DNA of 64,000 nucleotides from Cladosporium halotolerans (taxonomy: Eukaryota). Below, one piece after another: positions 59,748-64,000 of this stretch (the first letter of the stretch is position 1; every line of letters begins with the position of its first letter). The notes under the pieces were generated by a model. It was not told where the DNA came from. It searched no databases and worked only from the letters and a program-made list of their open reading frames with translations. The stretch spans positions 558,001 to 622,000 of the forward strand of contig NW_027191457.1 in NCBI RefSeq assembly GCF_011745625.1, read 5' to 3'. Position numbers and translations under genes: made by a program.

Positions 59748-62601
59748 ATGGCGCACGACGCCCCTGTCTCCCCGACCCGTTTCCATCATGATGCGCCCTC
59801 GCCTTCGTCCAGTCTCCGCCGCGCGCCTTCGACCTTCGACGAGGGCTTCTCCGAGGAAACGCAGAGTCAGCTGGGCAGCGACGTCGACATGGCTCGCGAG
59901 GTGAAGGACTTCGCCGCCTCGAACTTGTCGCTCGTCCGCCAGCTGGACTCGCTGTCCCTGGAGGATCGCCTGAGTGTAATGCGCAACACTGCAGGGCTGC
60001 TGTCTCCGGAAGATCAACTGAGTAAGTCTGCGCTGTGAGTGCTTTGGTGATGAAGTCCGCAGGACTGATCAGCTGGTCGCAGGGTTTGTCAAGGACTTGC
60101 TGGGCTACATGCCTACATGGGCCAAGCAGCAGGCCAGCGCGCACCTCGATTCGCTCATGTTCTTCGACCCCGTCGCCTACCTTCCCTACGAGCTAGTCAG
60201 CATCGTCTTTAGCCACCTCTCGCCCAAAGACCTGCTCAGCGCATCCGGTGTCGACCGCGCATGGCGCGAGCACTCGCAAGACGAAGAGCTGTGGCGCAGC
60301 ATATTCAGGCGGGAAGGCTGGCACATGGACATATCAAAGATCCGGGATTATGAGCGCAGGTCGCGGGAAAAGCGCAGGAGGGCTGCTGGCAGGTCAGGGA
60401 ATGCCGGACCGGGTCTGCAGCGCAAGGACAGCCGGAAGAGACGAGCAGGGGAGGCTTTCAGCGAGGGCGAGGCATCTGCGCATCCTGCAGACGCCAACGG
60501 AGCGCCGAGCGCGGACTCTTCCGCTGAGGACTCCAGCAACGAACATATGGAGGGCGTGGAGCAGGATGATGTGTTTGGACCGGAAACCAATACCAGGCAG
60601 CTTTCAAGAGCAACGACGCCGGAAGCCATGCGCCATTCGAGATCTCGGCGATCGTCGACAGACTCGGACATGTCAGCCGACTCGCCTTTCCTCCCACGCA
60701 CAAAGGATTTCAAACTCGCACCCACAGTCCTGCAAGGACACGCGACCCAGGATATCAGGACGGGCCCGAAGGTTAGCTGGGCCTACATGTACAAGCAGCG
60801 GCGACTACTGGAGAAAAATTGGGACACTGGCAAATATCAAATGTTCCGACTACCGCATCAGCAATTTCCTGAAGAAGGCCACGATGAATGCGTATACACG
60901 ATTCAGCATGCAGGAGAATGGCTGGTATCTGGCTCGCGCGACAGGACAATACGTGTTTGGGACTTGACAACCTCGAGGCTTAGAGCAGAAGCGCAACCCA
61001 TCCTGAGAGGGCATGTGGCCAGTGTGCTCTGCTTACAGTTTGATGCGTCCCCGGAGAATGACATTATCGTCAGTGGAGGCAGCGACAGCTGGGTGATCAT
61101 CTGGCGATTCTCGACCGGCGAGATAATCAAGAAGATGACTTCCGCTCACACGGAGTCGGTACTGAATCTTCGCTTCGACCACCGATACATCGTCACTTGT
61201 TCGAAAGACAAGACCATTAAGATCTGGAATCGCCACACGATCGCCAGCGACGCGCCTATCGTCCCGGCGTACGTCGTAGATCACTTCGACAGGCCCAGCG
61301 AAGGCAACATGATCAAAGAGCACACTCTTCTTTCCACACTCACAGGGCATGGCGCTGCTGTCAACGCCGTCATGATTCACAACGACACTATCGTCTCTGC
61401 TTCTGGCGACCGAACTATAAGGGCCTGGGATATTCAGACCGGCAAGTGCACGAAGCAATACCTGGGTCATACCAAGGGTATTGCATGCGTGCAGTACGAT
61501 GGCCGCCGCATCATCTCGGGTTCGTCAGATAACACGGTCCGCATCTTCGACGCCGATCGTCAAGCGGAGGTCGCATGCCTCACGGGCCATTCTAATTTGG
61601 TGCGCACCGTACAGGCTCGTTTTGGCGACCTTGAGACGGTGACCGACGAAGAACTGCTCGACGAGTCTCGCGCGGCTGATCAGGTATTCTACGACGCCAT
61701 CGCCAGTGGCATGAACCCTGCTTCCGTCTCGCGCAACGCCACCCGCAATGCAGGATCGAGCAGACCTGAGCACATGCTTTCGACAGGAACGAAGATCCCA
61801 CCGGGAGGAGGCGGCAGCCGATGGGCGAAGATTGTCTCCGGCTCCTACGACGAGACGATAATCATCTGGAAGAAAGACAAGGACGGCAAGTGGGTTCACA
61901 GACATCGCCTACACCAGGACATGCTGCTCCGTGGCAGCCGCCCCACCAGACACCGCCGCGACCCAGCCGCCGCCGCCCAGACAGCAATCCCGATCCCGGC
62001 CCACAACCACGCAATCACTCTGCAGAACGCCGGCCAACCAGGCCCGCAGCACCAGCACCAGCAGAACAGCGTCGCCCAGCAGGCTCTGGCCCAAGCAAAC
62101 GGCATGGCGACGCAGCTGACCGCCGCCCTGCAAACCAGCCAGCAAGACCCGCAAGCGCCCGTCCTGACCCCGGCGCAGCTGATGTCAATGTCCGCCCAGC
62201 AACGCCAACTCCAAGCCGACCTCCACGCCCTGCAGAACGCCAACGCGCAGCGCAGCGCCGAAGCGTCGTCGCAGCACGCACCGGAACAGTCCTCAACACC
62301 TCCAGTTCAACAACAACAACCTCCCCAACCCACCCCTCCCACCGCCCACCCGCCCCAACTCCAACCTCACAACCCCAACGCCGCCGCCGCTCACGTCCCC
62401 GGCCCGCACCATCACCACCACCACCCCGCCGCCGCCGCTCCTGGAGTCCACCGCGAGAGCAGCAACCGCGTGTTCAAGCTGCAGTTCGACGCGCGCAGGA
62501 TCGTCTGCTGCAGCCAGAACAGGGTTATCGTCGGCTGGGATTTCGCGAATGGAGATCCGGATTTGAAGAGGGTTGGGGCGTGGAGTGTGGAAACTTGTTG
62601 A
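59748..62601 (+). CDS. fwd-1: F-box/WD40 SCF substrate adaptor, beta-TrCP/Pof11/FWD-1-like
   Basis: Exons 59748-60021 and 60083-62601. F-box LPYELVSIVFSHLSPKDL; WD40 repeats GHDECVYTIQ...SGSRDRTIRVWD, GHVASVLCLQFD, GHGAAVNAV, GHTKGIAC and GHSNLVR; terminal RVFKLQFDARRIVCCSQ. Confidence 0.9.
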
Positions 62602-62917
62602 ATGTTTGATGGGTTCTGGTGAGGGTGGGGGCAAGGCCTTTGGAGGTCCTTTGAATGAAGGACTTGTGGAGACGGGGAGGTAGAGAGAGGAGCGTATTTT
62701 CCAGCCTTCTTTGAGATTACTCACTCATGAATGGGAGCAAAGGCAGAGAGGAGGAGCGTATTTTGCATTGTCCGCTTTGCATAGCATGACCACCACTACA
62801 CAGCATTGAAGCATCACGAAAGCCACCGAAATTCCCCTCCACGACGCGCCGAAGCAGTAGAAAAATATCTTATAATGTATCATTCACTCTCCAAAATTTC
62901 AAAACGGCTCCCGAACC

Positions 62918-63723
62918 CTACACCTTCTTCCCATCCCTCTCCTCCAAAAACTCCACCAACCCCTCAACAGTAACGCAAACCAACCCCCACCTCCTCGCAA
63001 ACGCCAAACACCCATCCCGCCCCAGCATCCCCACACTACCCGCCAACTCCCCCTTCCCCTCCCCCCCCTCCCCCTCCTCAACCAACTCCGCAATGACCCC
63101 CACAGCCTCCTCCTCCCCCTCCCCCACCAACCGACAAAACTCCACTGCAGCCTCCGTATGTCCCGCCCTCTCCCTAACACCCCCCTCCCTAGCCTGCAGC
63201 GGCACCACGTGCCCCGGCCTCCTAAAATCCGCCCTTCCTCTAGATCCGTCCGCCAACCACCGGCACGTCAGCGCGCGGTCGTGCGCGCTGATCCCCGTGC
63301 TGACCTCCTCGCTCGCCGCGTCGACGGTGATCGTGTACGCCGTGCCCTTGGGGTCTTCGTTGCTCGCGACCATCTGCGGGAGGTCGAGGGCGCGCGCGCG
63401 CGCGGGCAGCAGCGGCGCGCAGAGGTAGCCGGACGTGTGGCGGACCATGAAGGCGGCGCGCGCGGCGGTCAGCGTGCGCGCGCGGATGATGAGGTCGCCT
63501 TCGTTTTCGCGCGAGGGCGAGTCGAGGACGACGAGGGGGTCGCCGCGGGCTGGAGTGGATGAATTGTCAGTTTTTGGGAATGTTGCGGGGGAGGAGAAAG
63601 CTGTGAAGAAACTTGGGTGAGCTGAGGAGGACAAGAGGACGTACCGAAGGCTTCGATTGCTTCGGGGATGGTGTTGAAGGCGGGTTTGGCGGTGCCGTTG
63701 GGCTGCTGGAGGTCGGGCGCCAT
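62918..63723 (-). CDS. RIB3: 3,4-dihydroxy-2-butanone 4-phosphate synthase (riboflavin biosynthesis)
   Basis: Exon 1 63723-63645 (MAPDL...IPEAIEAF), intron 63644-63550, exon 2 63549-62918 (VVLDSPSRENEGDL, TAYTITVDA, TGISAHDR, FRRPGHVVPL, RAGHTEAAV). Confidence 0.93.
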
Positions 63724-64000
63724 GGTGGTTGGCTGGCGGGCGTGTGGGCGCGCGCGACAGGTGGGTTGTTCTCTTTCTTGTACGATGTATCCTCTTCTGA
63801 TATGTTTTTCTAAAGGGTATCACGCGCTCAGTCTTTTAGCGGGCCAAAGGATGGCGTCGTTCGGCGGAAGAAGCACTCGGCGTGGGATATCCGCTCGACG
63901 GAAGATGCACCAGCAGGGCGGCGATTGTTCGGTCGGTTGTTGCTAGTAAAAAGCAGTGAACAGCGAATGTAATCCTCCAACAGTATCGCAAGCTCCTTCA

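Noticed and set aside
62918..63823. 301-aa single-exon RIB3 from the ORF track
   Set aside because: It reads through the intron from a wrong-frame upstream region; the spliced model from 63723 restores the conserved IPEAIEAF N-terminus.
1..64000. tRNA, rRNA, transposon, RIP-type AT-rich block, CRISPR array, TGA-CTA readthrough signals
   Set aside because: The T-loop-like GGTTCGA hits I noticed lie in coding DNA or lack cloverleaf arms. I saw no transposase/RT ORFs, terminal repeats or spacer arrays, and the stop codons I checked lack the readthrough context. This was a by-eye scan only.

Overview
Gene-dense (~55% GC by eye) eukaryotic DNA from a filamentous ascomycete. Short GT-AG introns with CTRAC/CTRAY branch points and the gene content suggest a Dothideomycete; the taxon is an inference. 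I built 19 spliced or unspliced protein-coding gene models by hand. In order: a 5'-truncated JSN1/PUF1-like Pumilio+RRM protein, an unrecognised RGG-tail protein, a Cys2-type serine O-acyl transferase, a ZIP zinc transporter, a CAN1-like permease, a HUL5/UBE3C-like HECT ligase, a PTH11-like membrane protein, an AGP2-like permease, a Zn2Cys6 factor divergent from an RTA1 gene, a tricarboxylate carrier divergent from a cyclase-family hydrolase, VPS13, a DUF3429-like protein, glycerol kinase, a 78-aa Cys/His microprotein, CDC24, an FWD-1/beta-TrCP-like F-box WD40 protein and RIB3. No tRNA, rRNA, transposon or CRISPR array was recognised. The most notable observations are the three-exon zinc-finger-like microprotein alone in a ~7 kb gap, an 11-nt microexon followed by a long intron with a repeated CCCANTGCG(A/C)C motif, and a GC-AG intron inside a zinc cluster with a competing in-frame GT donor. 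Also notable are the orphan RGG protein, paired ZafA-like sites and uORFs on the CDC24/FWD-1 divergent pair. Family names come from recalled motifs, not database searches.
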